Shown piece after piece: positions 35,601 to 46,700 of a stretch of DNA of 64,000 nt. The stretch comes from Macrostomum lignano (Eukaryota), in NCBI GenBank assembly GCA_002269645.1, contig NIVC01000124.1, forward strand, positions 1-64,000, read 5' to 3'. The translations under genes were made by a program, and so were the position numbers. The first letter of the stretch is position 1. The number at the start of each line of letters is the position of its first letter. A model generated the notes under the pieces. It was not told the DNA's origin. It did not search any database and worked only from the letters and a program-made list of their open reading frames with translations.

Positions 35601-38600
35601 CCCAGCAACTGAGGATCTGGGAGGCTGGTGGCACAGCAACTAAGAATCTGGGAGGCTGGTGGCACAGCAACTGAGGATCTGGGAGGCTGGTGGCACAGCA
35701 ACTAAGAATCTGGGAGGCTGGTGGCACAGCAACTGAGAATCTGGGAGGCTGGTGGCACAGCAACTGAGGATCTGTGAGGCTGGCCCAGCAACTGAGGATC
35801 TGGGAGGCTGGTGGCACAGCAACTAAGGATCTGGGAGGCTGGTGGCCCAGCAACTGAGGATCTGGGAGGCTGGCCCAGTAACTGAGAATCTGGGAGGCTG
35901 GCCCAGCAACTGAGAATCTGGGAGGCTGGCCCAGTAACTGAGGATCTGGGAGGCTGGCCCAGCAACTGAGAATCTGGGAGGCTGGCCCAGTAACTGAGGA
36001 TCTGGGAAGCTGGCCCAGCAACTGAGGATCTGGGAGGCTAGCCCAGCAACTGAGGATCTGGGAGGCTGGTCCAGCAACTGAGGATCTGGGAGGCTGGCCC
36101 AGAAGCTGAGGATCTGGGAGGCTGGCCCAGCAACTGGGGCTCTGGGAGGCTGGCCCAGAAGCTGAGGATCTGGGAGGCTGGCCCAGAAGCTGAGGGTCTG
36201 GGAGGCTGGCCCAGAAGCTGAGGATCTGGGAAGCTGGACCAGCAACTGAGGATCTGGGATGCTGGACCAGCAACTGAGGATCTGGGAGGCTGGCCCAGCA
36301 ACTGAGAATCTGGGAAGCTGGACCAGCAACTGAGGATCTGGGAGGCTGGCCCAGCAACTGAGGATCTGGGAGGCTGGCCCAGCAACTGAGAATCTGGGAA
36401 GCTGGACCAGCAACTGAGGATCTGAGAGGCTGGCCCAGAAGCTGAGAATCTGGGAGGCTGGCCCACTGCAGCCAATGCGTTACACATTACCATATCCAAA
36501 TTGCAATGTACCGCAAGGCCTTCGCATCTTGGAGCTGCTCTGCGGCCCCACTAATCACTGCATCACGGACCTGGGCGCAGCAGTATTGGCCTCTGTCGCA
36601 GTCAGCCACAGGACAGCTGCGGCAGCGTCAGCCGCGGTTTCGCCGCCAGCTGCTGAGTCAACTGGCCTGCAAGAGCTCACCCTGCCGTGCAATCTGCTCA
36701 CGCCTAAAGGTTACCACAGCCTGGGCAGTCTGGGACCGGGCCTAGCTAAACTGTGCCTGAGGTACTGCTCAGCCGGTGCAGACCGGGGCATGGCCACGAT
36801 GCCTCTGAGCCTGACTGGATTGCGGCATCTGGAGGCCACCGCCTCGGCCAGATGCGGTGGCGAAGAGGCTGCCCTTTTCGCCGGACTAGAGATGACTCGT
36901 CTAGTGGAATGTTGCGCCAGTAATCTGCGCATACTTCGAGTGGTGTCCAATTGCGATCAGCACGGAGCCGGAGGCGGAGGCGGCAACGGCTCTGTGGGCT
37001 TGGGCCCGGCTGCGCTGGCTAAAGCGGCCGCACGGTTGAGCTTAGCGGAACTTCGCGAGCTCACTCTGTGCCCGTGCGACTCGCTAACTGAGACTTGCGT
37101 AGCTCAACTGTTGCGGGCCTGTCCCCAGCTTAGGCACGTTAGCCTGGGACCTGATATTAAGGTGAGAGGTTTATTTATTGATTTAGTTGCACTTTCTTAA
37201 TGCCATATCCCATCCCTAATCCGTAGTTTCCATCCCTAATCCGTAGATTCCATTCCCAAACGACTGATCCCATCCCTAATCAACTGATCCCATCCTTAAT
37301 CGACTGATCCCATCCCTAATCGGCATATCCCATCCCTAATCGGTAGATTCCATTACCAAGCGACTGATCCTATCCCTAATCCACTGATCCCATCCCCAAT
37401 CCACTGATCCCATCCCTAATCCACTGATCCCATCCCTAATCGGCATATCCCATCCCTAATCGGTAGATTCCATTACCAAACGACTGATCCCATCCCTAAT
37501 CCACTAATCCAATCCCTAATCGACTGATCCCATCCCTAATCGACTGATCCCATCCCTAATCGACTGATCCCATCCCTAATCGGTAGATTCCATCCCTAAT
37601 CGACTGATCCCATTCCTAATCGACTGATCCCATACCTTATCGAGTGATTCCACCCTCATAACTTAGATTCCACTCTTACAGAGACCGATCGTTTTCGTAT
37701 TAGCCAGATCCCATTCTCATTAGCCAGATCCCATTCTCATTAGCCAGATCCCATCCTCATTAGCCAGATCCCATTCTCATTAGCCAGATCCCATCCTCAT
37801 TAGCCAGATCACATCCTGATTAGCCAGATTCCATTCTCATTAGCCAGATCCCATCCTCATTAGCCAGATCCCATCCTCATTAGCCAGATCCCATCCTGAT
37901 TAGCCAGATTCCATTCTCATTAGCCAGATCCCATTCTCATTAGCCAGATCCCATCCTCATTAGCCAGATCCCATTCTCATTAGCCAGATCCCATTCTCAT
38001 TAGCCAGATCCCATCCTGATTAGCCAGATTCCATTCTCATTAGCCAGATCCCATTCTCATTAGCCAGATTCTATCGTTAGCCAGATCCCATTCTCATTAG
38101 CTAGATCCCATTATCCCAATTAGCCAGATCCCAATATCCCAAATAGCCAGATCCCATTATCCCAATTAGCCAGATACCATTATCTCAATTAGCCAGATCC
38201 CATTATCCCAATTGGCCAGATCCCATTACCCCAATTAGCCAGATTCCATTATCCTAATTAGCCAGATCCCATTATCCCAATTAGCCAGATGTCATCTTAA
38301 TTAGCCAGATGCCATCCTTATTAGCCAGATGCCATCCCTATTAGCCAGATGCCATCCCAATTAGCCAGACCCTATCCTCATGTGCCAGACCCCATCCTTA
38401 ATAGCCATACCCCAACCCCCAAACAACCGCATTTGTGCGCAGGTAAGCCAGGTATCCATCAGGCTGATGATCCGCGACACAAACCTGTCAATTGTTCGGC
38501 CCCTAATTGGCTGGTACCTTCGCTCCGACACAATCTGCTACCGGGACCTGCTGCATCTGGAACTGATACAAGCCATTCGACCGGAAAGATTTTGCTTCAT

Positions 38601-38952
38601 AACGGACAACTTGTTGACCTTTATTGGTCAGAGGTGTCCGAGTCTGAGACTGTTGAGATTGGAACCGTGCACTCTAGTCACTGATCAGGGTATTAGGATG
38701 CTGGCTCCTTGTCGGAGACTGCAACGACTGCATCTGAGCGGCTGTGAGCAGCTCACGGACGAAGCCCTTCGAGCTATTGAAGAATCGCCTGGCTCGCGCA
38801 ATTTAAAAGTGCTAGTACTGGAGGGCTGCTCCAGGATTGAGAACAGTAGGAAGGCTGCTGAGAGACTGCAGAAATCCCTGGTTAGACTTGACCAGTGCCT
38901 GCTGCGACAGGACAGCGGCACTGGTGACTGTGCTCAATGCTGCCTGCTCTAG
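32636..38952 (+). CDS. F-box and leucine-rich repeat protein (FBXL-type) with C-terminal CaaX (CCLL), ~723 aa
   Basis: Exons 32636-33046, 34005-34301, 35184-35493, 36518-37161, 38443-38952 join with phases 0,0,1,0. F-box LDQLPSVILARVFSYLNQQTLLECMLVCKSWHKL; cysteine-containing LRRs such as LRRLHLTACHRLTDSALAGL and LQRLHLSGCEQLTDEALRAI. The exon 4 acceptor is AAG. Confidence 0.87.
33160..33930. repeat. ~23-bp minisatellite (GAGAATCGTCTGAAAATCTCAAT) with 252-bp higher-order duplication, FBXL intron 1
   Basis: Block at 33301 recurs at 33553. Confidence 0.92.
34410..35020 (+). repeat. 28-bp minisatellite (CTCCCAGATCCTCAGTTGCTGAGCCCAT), FBXL intron 2
   Basis: About 20 copies, period 28. Confidence 0.95.
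35545..36465 (-). repeat. 28-bp minisatellite of the same family in inverted orientation, FBXL intron 3
   Basis: GAGGATCTGGGAGGCTGGCCCAGCAACT = reverse complement of AGTTGCTGGGCCAGCCTCCCAGATCCTC. Confidence 0.95.
37200..38400. repeat. Two related 20-21 bp arrays (CGACTGATCCCATCCCTAAT, then TAGCCAGATCCCATTCTCAT), FBXL intron 4
   Basis: 37200-37660 and 37700-38400, sharing GATCCCAT. Confidence 0.93.
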
Positions 38953-39085
38953 TTTGTGCTCATCTTTTTTGGCCTATACTATTTCGCTAGAATGACGTAT
39001 TCAGTATCATAGGCTCGAATCTTTTTTTTCAACACAAAATTGTCAATTTCAAGTCGTCTGACTCTCGCAACTGGGACCGTGTGTG

Positions 39086-39115
39086 AGCGTGTGTGTGTGT
39101 GTGTGTGTGTGTGTG
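39086..39115. repeat. (GT)n microsatellite
   Basis: Direct reading. Confidence 0.9.
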
Positions 39116-39439
39116 AAAAGTTCAAATTACCTTTTTAGAGAAGATTCTGTTGATAGTTGAAAAGTGTCAGTCTAAAAATTTGGTGCATTTTAGAGAGACT
39201 GTGAGTCTTCAAATTAGTTTTTATGTAATACGTAATTTAAAAATTGTTATTTCGTCTTTTTTTAATCTCAAGTTCTCCTTGCTACTCAATCTGTAAGTAG
39301 TAAATAAGTGTGATATATTGAGTTGTTATTGAGTTATATTTTGTGTGTAAGCAATATAAGCTATTTAACTTATGTATTTTAGGACAGACCCCCTACTCCA
39401 CTCTTTACCACTCCGGCTGGTTCCTCGTCTATTGACCTA

Positions 39440-40085
39440 AATCCTAACCCTAACATTAATCATCTATATCTAACCTAAATTATAACCCCAATTTAAACCC
39501 TACCTAAATCCCAACGTAAACCTAAATCCTAGCCTAAACCTAAAGCCTAAGGGGGGCCGTAGCCCAGCCCAGCGGTAGCGCAGCTGCTCTGGTGTGCCAG
39601 CGACCCAGGCTCGATTCCAAGTGCAGTCACATTAATTTGGGGCTGAATTGGAATCTCGGCTTGCCTCTGCTCGTGCAATTAACGGCCTTGAGAGCCAACC
39701 CCCCCAAGGCGCAGTGAAGTGTACATGCCTAACGATAATATAAAGTTAGGGCCGCTGTACACTCCTGTGTGAGTGTGTGCCTGCGTACGTATCCGCGCGC
39801 TTGTATGCCTGCTCAGGGGAGTCTGCGGAATGGGCAGCAATGCCTCTCGCCGGTTGTGTGCCTATGTCGCTTAAAGTGCGCCAGGGTGCACACAACCCCC
39901 CTGCCTCTACTAAAAGAATAACCTAAAGCCTAACCTTAACCCTACGTAAATCCTAACCTAAAACGTAAAGCCTTACCTAAATCTAACCTTAACCTAAACC
40001 CTACCTAAACGGAAACCCTAACCTAAATTCTAACCACAATCTAAACTCAAACCTAAATTCTAGCCTTAACCTAAACCCCAATCTA
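39440..40085. repeat. Degenerate AACCCT/AACCTA telomere-like tract, interrupted by a SINE
   Basis: Runs of CCTAACC/CCTAAACC on both sides of 39551-39919. Confidence 0.8.
39551..39919 (+). mobile_element. Full-length tRNA-derived SINE with 14-bp TSD
   Basis: 5' GGGGGGCCGTAGCCCAG (A-box-like), GGCTCGATTCC (B-box, 39608), A-rich end; TSD AACCTAAAGCCTAA at 39537-39550 and 39920-39933. Confidence 0.8.
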
Positions 40086-40960
40086 AATAATCAAAAGAAC
40101 AAACACATTCTTATTTGCTACTGAACTGAAAGTAGTAAATAGTGAATCTCTATGAAGCAGCAAGTTTGTCTGTGCTTTTCTTTCTTATAAAACTAATAAT
40201 TAAATATTTATATTATAGCAAGCCGTTATCCTTCAAATGTGTCATTTCGAGTGCAATAAAATTAATACCAATACACACCTTTTTTCTTTTTTGACAACTT
40301 TTTTTTAAAAATATTGCTATGCATATAATGCTTTTTAGAGTTGTAGGGATATTTTACCATATTAATTATGCTTTACTTTACCAATTGGTAGAATTTTGAT
40401 GTGTTTTCCTCTTCGAAATTCTTCATTTCCATCTAGTCCTGATAATATTTTTATAGTTGTTGTATTTTATTTTTTATGTTGTTGCGTAAGGTTTTTATCA
40501 ATTTGTTTCGATAATATTTTTAATCTCAATTATTCGACATGTGTCTCTCATATCCTTGTTTAAATTCTGTGTTATTTCATTTAACTTTAATAATTTTATT
40601 TATGTAGACACCGAATTTCGAGTCAGTTTACAAGCTGTCAAAGCATTTTTCCTCTGTGTTTATTGTGTTCTTGATAAAAAAATTAATATATATGCGTTTT
40701 TCTGCCTTTTTCTGTCAAAAAATTACTGCAAAATTTGCACAATACTACTTGCTTATGAGGTTTGGCTAATAAGTAGTATATATGGCGTTAATGTATGCGT
40801 CTGATTTTCAATTTCGCGAGTAGTATTTATGTAGTAGAGAGAATTTTCACTTCGTATTTTTACCTAAAGCGAACACGTGCTAATTAGTTAATGCATGTTG
40901 ACAATAATTATTAATTTGCATGACTTGCTTGCACCAGCTCCTGCGAGTTTTACTATAAAT

Positions 40961-41755
40961 CAGGGGTCGGCAAACTCCAGCTCGCCAAGCCTCTCTATCC
41001 GACCCTATGGGTCCTTTAACAATTCACAATAGCAATCCGGCCCGCTCAAGACTTGTGTTCTCAGCTCTCTTCTCCCCTCTCTTCCCTCTCTCCCCTCCCC
41101 CCTCTCCTCTCTCCGCTCCTTCCTATCTCCTCTCTCCCTCTTCCCTCTCCCCTCTCTCCCCTCTCTCCCCTCTCCCCTCTTCCCTCTCTCCCCTCTTCCC
41201 TCTCTCCCCTCTTCCCTCTCTCCCCTCTTCCCTCTTCCCTCTCCCCCTCTTCCCTCTTCCCTCTCTCCCCTCCCCCTCTCCTCTCCTCTCCACTCCTTCC
41301 TATCTCCTCTCCCTCTCCCCTCTCTCCCCTCTCCCCTCTCTTCCCTCTCGCCTCTCCCCTCTCTCCCCTTTCTCCCCTCTCCCTCTCTCCCCTCTCTCCC
41401 CTCTTCTCTCTCCGCTCCTTCCTATCTCCTCTCTCCCCCTTTCCTTCTCCCCTCTCTCCCCTCTCCCCCTCTTCCCCTCCCGTCTCCTCTTCTCTCTTAT
41501 CTCCCCTCTCTCCTCTCTCCTCTCCCCCCTCTCCTCTCCTCTCCGCTCCTTACTCTCTCCCTCTCCCCTCTTCCCTCTCTCTCCTCTCCCCTCTTCTCTC
41601 TTCCCTCTTCTCTCCTCTTCTATCTTTTCTTTCATCCTATCTCTCGTTTCTCCTCTCTTCTCTCATCGCTCGTCTTCTATTCTCTCTCCTTTCCACTCTC
41701 ATCTGGCCCGCAGCCATAAATTCTCTATCTGTCTCTAAAAGTTCGCCGACCCCTG
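40961..41755. mobile_element. hAT-type MITE carrying a ~630-bp CT microsatellite
   Basis: TIR CAGGGGTCGGCAAACT / AGTTCGCCGACCCCTG; TSD CTATAAAT/CTATAATT (7/8); subterminal GGCCCGC motifs; interior 41070-41700 is CT-rich. Confidence 0.85.
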
Positions 41756-42378
41756 CTATAATTGTAAGCCTAATCTCTATAGTGTCTCTGTTTTAATTAT
41801 TGTTTCATTTAAAAGTCTATAATTATCATAACTTTAAAATGACAAATAGATAAGGACGATTTTTGAAGTATTAGTAGTGTCTAATTAATAGCTGTTTAAT
41901 TAATAATAGTAAAATTCTATAGAAAATCGCCAAAAAATAATCAAGAATTATATACGAATGCATATTACTATAAGTAGCATTACAAATACGAGCGTATATA
42001 CAAGTTTTTCTTCTAGCACTCAAATAGTGAAGTTTTATTCACATGTGCAACATCTATTTAATTATGATATTACTAAGTGTTGCACTGTTCTGTTTCTTTT
42101 AGTTGTATTTAATGTTATACTACTTTTGCTAATGTTATATTTTACTAAGATGCAGGTGGATGGAATGCACTGATTATCATCTCAGTGAATGAAAAGTAAT
42201 ATTTTGCAAGCTTATTAGAAAGTTAAATAGCAGAATCGTTAAAAAAACTGTTTGAAAGTGTTTTTGCGATTAAAATTGATTTAAATAAATAAACAATAAG
42301 TGGTTGGATTGCATGTAGACTATGTTTACGCGTATTAAGCCTATTTTTTGTTTACTGTTTATTTGAAAATCGTTGCAG

Positions 42379-42414
42379 AATTGAATAACGACTAATTCAA
42401 ATATAATTAGACAG
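42379..42414 (+). other. Putative 36-nt 5' UTR exon of the RBM4-like gene
   Basis: TTGCAG acceptor at 42378, ACAG|GTAAAT donor at 42415; intron would end at CTCTCAG 44032. Confidence 0.45.
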
Positions 42415-42419
42415 GTAAA

Positions 42420-43955
42420 TTGGATTGTGACAGGTAGTGATAGATTAGTGACAGGTGGGGATAGATTAGTGACAAGTGGGGAAAGATTAGTGACAAGTGG
42501 GGAAAGATTAGTGACAAGTGGGGAAAGATTAGTGACAAGTGGGGAAAGATTAGTGACAAGTGGGGATAGATTAGTGACAGGTGGGGATAGATTAGTGACA
42601 GGTGGGGATAGATTAGTGACAGGTGGGGATAGATTAGTGACAAGTGGGGAAATGATTTATGACAGGTGGGGATAGATTAGTGACAGGTGGGGATAGATTA
42701 TTGACAAGTGGGGAAATGATTTATGACAGGTGGGGATAGATTAGTGACAGGTGGGGATAGATTAGTGACAGGTGGGGATAGATTAGTGACAGATGGGGAT
42801 AGATTAGTGACAAGTGGGGATAGATTAGTGACAAGTGGGGATAGATTAGTGACAGATGGGGATAGATTAGTGACAAGTGGGGATAGATTAGTGACAAGTG
42901 GGGAAAGATTAGTTACAGGTGGGGATAGATTAGTGACAGATGGTGATAGATTAGTGACAGGTGGGGATAGATTAGTGACAGATGGTGATAGATTAGTGAC
43001 AGGTGGGGATAGATTAGTGACAGGTGGGGATAGATTAGTGACAGGTGGGGATACATTAGTGACAGGTGGGGATAGATAAGTGACAAGTGGGGTTAGATTA
43101 GTGACAGGTGTGGATAGATTAGTGACAAGTGGGGATAGATTAGTGACAGGTGGGGATAGATTAGTGACAGGTGGGGATACATTAGTGACAGGTGGGGATA
43201 GATTAGTGACAGGTGGGGATAGATTAGTGACAGGTGGGGATAGATTAGTGACAGGTGGGGATACATTAGTGACAGGTGGGGATAGATTAGTGACAGGTGG
43301 GGAGGTGGGGATAGATTAGTGACAGATGGTGATAGATTAGTGACAAGTGGGGATAGATTAGTGACAAGTGGGGAGGTGGGGATAGATTAGTGACAGATGG
43401 TGATAGATTAGTGACAAGTGGGGATAGATTAGTGACAAGTGGGGAAATATTAGTTACAGGTGGGGATAGATTAGTGACAGATGGTGATAGATTAGTGACA
43501 GGTGGGGATAGATTAGTGACAGGTGGGGATAGATTAGTGACAGTTGGGGATAGATTAGTGACAGGTGGGGATAGATTAGTGACAGGTGGGGATAGATTAG
43601 TGACAGGTGGGGAGGTGGGGATAGATTAGTGACAAATGGTGATAGATTAGTGACAAGTGGGGATAGATTAGTGACAGGTGGGGATAGATTAGTGACAGAT
43701 GGGGATAGATTAGTGACAAGTGGGGATAGATTAGTGACAGATGGGGATAGATTAGTGACAGGTGGGGATAGATTAGTGACAGGTGGGGATAGATTAGTGA
43801 CAAGTGGGGAAAGATTAGTTACAGGTGGGGATAGATTAGTGACAGATTGGGATAGATTAGTGACAAGTGGGGATAGATTAGTGACAAGTAGGGATAGATT
43901 AGTGACAGGTGGGGATAGATTAGTGACAGGTGCTGACAGATCAGTGACAGATTAG
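42420..43955. repeat. 21-bp minisatellite (GATTAGTGACAGGTGGGGATA) in the putative 5' UTR intron
   Basis: About 70 copies. Confidence 0.97.
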
Positions 43956-44056
43956 CGACTCATAGCCGCACCCTAACCTGAACGGTTGCAGCGCATTCGG
44001 ATTAAGAGATTATCCGTTCTCTCAACTCTCAGTTGACGGCCCCGAAATTCAACATC

Positions 44057-45111
44057 ATGGTGAAACTATTCGTCGGCAATATCAACGATCCCCGGTCGGA
44101 CATGGAAGACCGGCTTCGATCGGCATTCGCAGCCTACGGCCTGGTGACCGAGTGCAGTTTAATGCGCGACTACGCCTTCGTGCACATGGACTCGGAGCTG
44201 GCCGCTAGAGAGGCTGTCAGGCGGCTGCACGGCTCCCTAATTGGCAATTGCCGCGTGAATGTGGAATTCAGCCGCAGCTCCGGCGATAGAAGAGGAGGCA
44301 GCGCCGCCTCAGGCGGGAGGCGGGGCGGCGGCGGCGGTGGCAGCGGCGCGTCCTCGGCCGCTCTGGTGGCTTCCATGCAGCAGCGTCAGCAACAGCAGCA
44401 GCAGCAGCAACAGCAAATGCCGCAGCAGTCGCACCTGACTCACCTGCCGCCGCCGATAGCTTTCGACTCTTCCGGCGGAGGTGGAGGCGGAGGCGGAGGC
44501 GGAGGCGGTGGGATCGGCAATTTCTTTGTTGGCAACGGCCTGGGCCCGGTCACTTATCAGCAAATGCAGCAGAACCAGCAATATCAGCAGTATTATAACT
44601 ATTATAATGGCAATAATAGCAATGTTATTATTAGTAGTAGCGGTGGTACTATTACTACTAATAATGCTACTAATGGGATTCTTGGCGGCAGCAGCGGCGG
44701 TTTCAATTCGGCCAGCGTGCCGCCATTGGGCGGTATTGGCTTAGGCATCGGGGCTTGGATCTGCAGCCCCAGCAGCAGCCCATTGTGTCCAACAGCTTCG
44801 GCCTATCGCCATTCCCTACCGGCCAGCAGCCTCAACAATCCACCAATGTGTTGTCTAGCAGACCCACTACTACAGCTGCTACTAACGGTAGTAACAATAG
44901 TAGCTCAGTAAATGCCAACAGTCACAATACCAGTCTGAGGTTTGTCGGCGTCTCGGCGACCGCCGCACCCGGCGGACCCGTGGTGCTGACGCCGACTACT
45001 ACAACGGCAAACCGGCAATTTCCCGGAGCTGCGGTCAGCGGCGGCGGCGGGAGCATCACTGCCGAACGAGATGTTCGCCGATACCATCCCTATGTGGATG
45101 GGCCGAGATAA
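44057..45111 (+). CDS. RBM4: RBM4/lark-like single-RRM protein with G/Q/N-rich tail; 1-nt frameshift at GGGG 44750-44753
   Basis: MVKLFVGNI...YGLVTECSLMRDYAFVHMDSELAAREAVRRLHGSLIGNCRVNVEFSR matches RBM4/lark RRM1. Adding one G restores IGGLDLQPQQQ and a 351-aa ORF ending RRYHPYVDGPR (PY-NLS-like). Orthology within RBM4/RBM14/lark is uncertain. Confidence 0.72.
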
Positions 45112-45477
45112 TCCTGTTGGGCAGCTGATGCTCTTGGTTCAATTGTGATTGATTGATTTATTACCAGTGCATGCCTGGCGTTTATGAAATGTATTTTTTT
45201 TATAAATCCTATTTGGCTCTTTCACTGCTGCCAGCGGGTTATTGTTGTTTGACGAGACTGAGAGGCTTGTGGGTCTTTTTTTAATCTGCATTTTCTAAGA
45301 CTAGCAAAACTCGTTGTTGAATTGTTGACTATTTGTTGAATGTGCGTTTATTTCTACAGTTATGGATTAACAATTCGACTCAAAATCGTATTAGATTTAC
45401 GCAGAAGGAGCCTGTTTTATAACTGAATTCTCTGAGAAGATTGTGAAAAGTGTTTAATTCACCACTTACCTCAAAGT

Positions 45478-46700
45478 GTACTCAGTTGCTGGGTCGGCCT
45501 CCAAGATCCTCAGTTGCTGGGCCAGCCTCCCAGATCTATAGTTGCTGGGCCAGCCTCTCAGATCCTCAGTTGCTGGGCCAGCCTCCAAGATCCTCAGTTG
45601 CTGGGCCAGCCTCCCAGATCCTCAGATGCAGGGCCAGCCTCTCAGATCCTCAGTTGCTGGGCCAGCCTCCAAGATCCTCAGTTGCTGGGCCAGCCTCCCA
45701 GATACTCAGTTGCTGGGCCAGCCTCCCACATTCTCAGTTGCTGGGCCAGCCTCCCAGATTCTCAGTTGCTGGGCCAGCCTCCCAGATTCTCAGTTGCAGG
45801 GCCAGCCAGCCTTCGAGATCCTCAGTTGCTGGGCCAGCCTCCCAGATACTCAGTTGCTGGGCCAGCCTCCCACATTCTCAGTTGCTGGGCCAGCCTCCCA
45901 GATTCTCAGTTGCTGGGCCAGCCTCCCAGATTCTCAGTTGCAGGGCCAGCCAGCCTTCGAGATCCTCAGTTGCTGGGCCAGCCTCCCAGATACTCAGTTG
46001 CTGGGCCAGCCTCCCAGATCCTCAGTTGCTGGGCCAGCCTCCCAGATTCTCAGTTGCAGGGCCAGCCTCCCAGATTCTCAGTTGCAGGGCCAGCCAGCCT
46101 TCGAGATCCTCAGTTGCTGGTCCAGCCTCCCAGATTCTCAGTTGCTGGGCCAGCCTTCGAGATCCTCAGTTGCTGGGCCAGCCTCCCAGATCTTCAGTTG
46201 CAGGGCCAGCCTCCCAGATCCTCAGTTGCTGGGCCAGCCTCCCAGATCCTCGGTTGCTGGGCCAGCCTCCCAGATCCTCAGTTGCTGGGCCAGCCTCCCA
46301 GATCCTCAGTTGCTGGACCAGCCTCCCAGATCCTCAGTTGCTGGACCAGCCTCCCAGATCCTCAGTTGCTGGGCCAGCCTCCCAGATCCTCGGTTGCTGG
46401 GCCAGCCTCCCAGATCCTCAGTTGCTGGGCCAGCCTCCCAGATCCTCGGTTGCTGGGCCAGCCTCCCAGATCCTCAGTTGCTGGACCAGCCTCCCAGATC
46501 CTCAGTTGCAGGGCCAGCCTCCCAGATCCTCAGTTGCTGGGCCAGCCTCCCAGATCCTCGGTTGCTGGGCCAGCCTCCCAGATCCTCAGTTGCTGGGCCA
46601 GCCTCCCAGATCCTCGGTTGCTGGGCCAGCCTCCCAGATCCTCAGTTGCTGGGCCAGCCTCCCAGATCCATAGTTGCTGAGCCAGCCTCCCAGATATTCA
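45478..46700 (+). repeat. 28-bp minisatellite (CTCAGTTGCTGGGCCAGCCTCCCAGATC), third array of the FBXL-intron family
   Basis: About 43 copies; unit is the reverse complement of the 35545-36465 unit. Confidence 0.96.

Noticed and set aside
39440-40085. True telomere or chromosome end
   Set aside because: The repeats are degenerate and internal, with genes on both sides.
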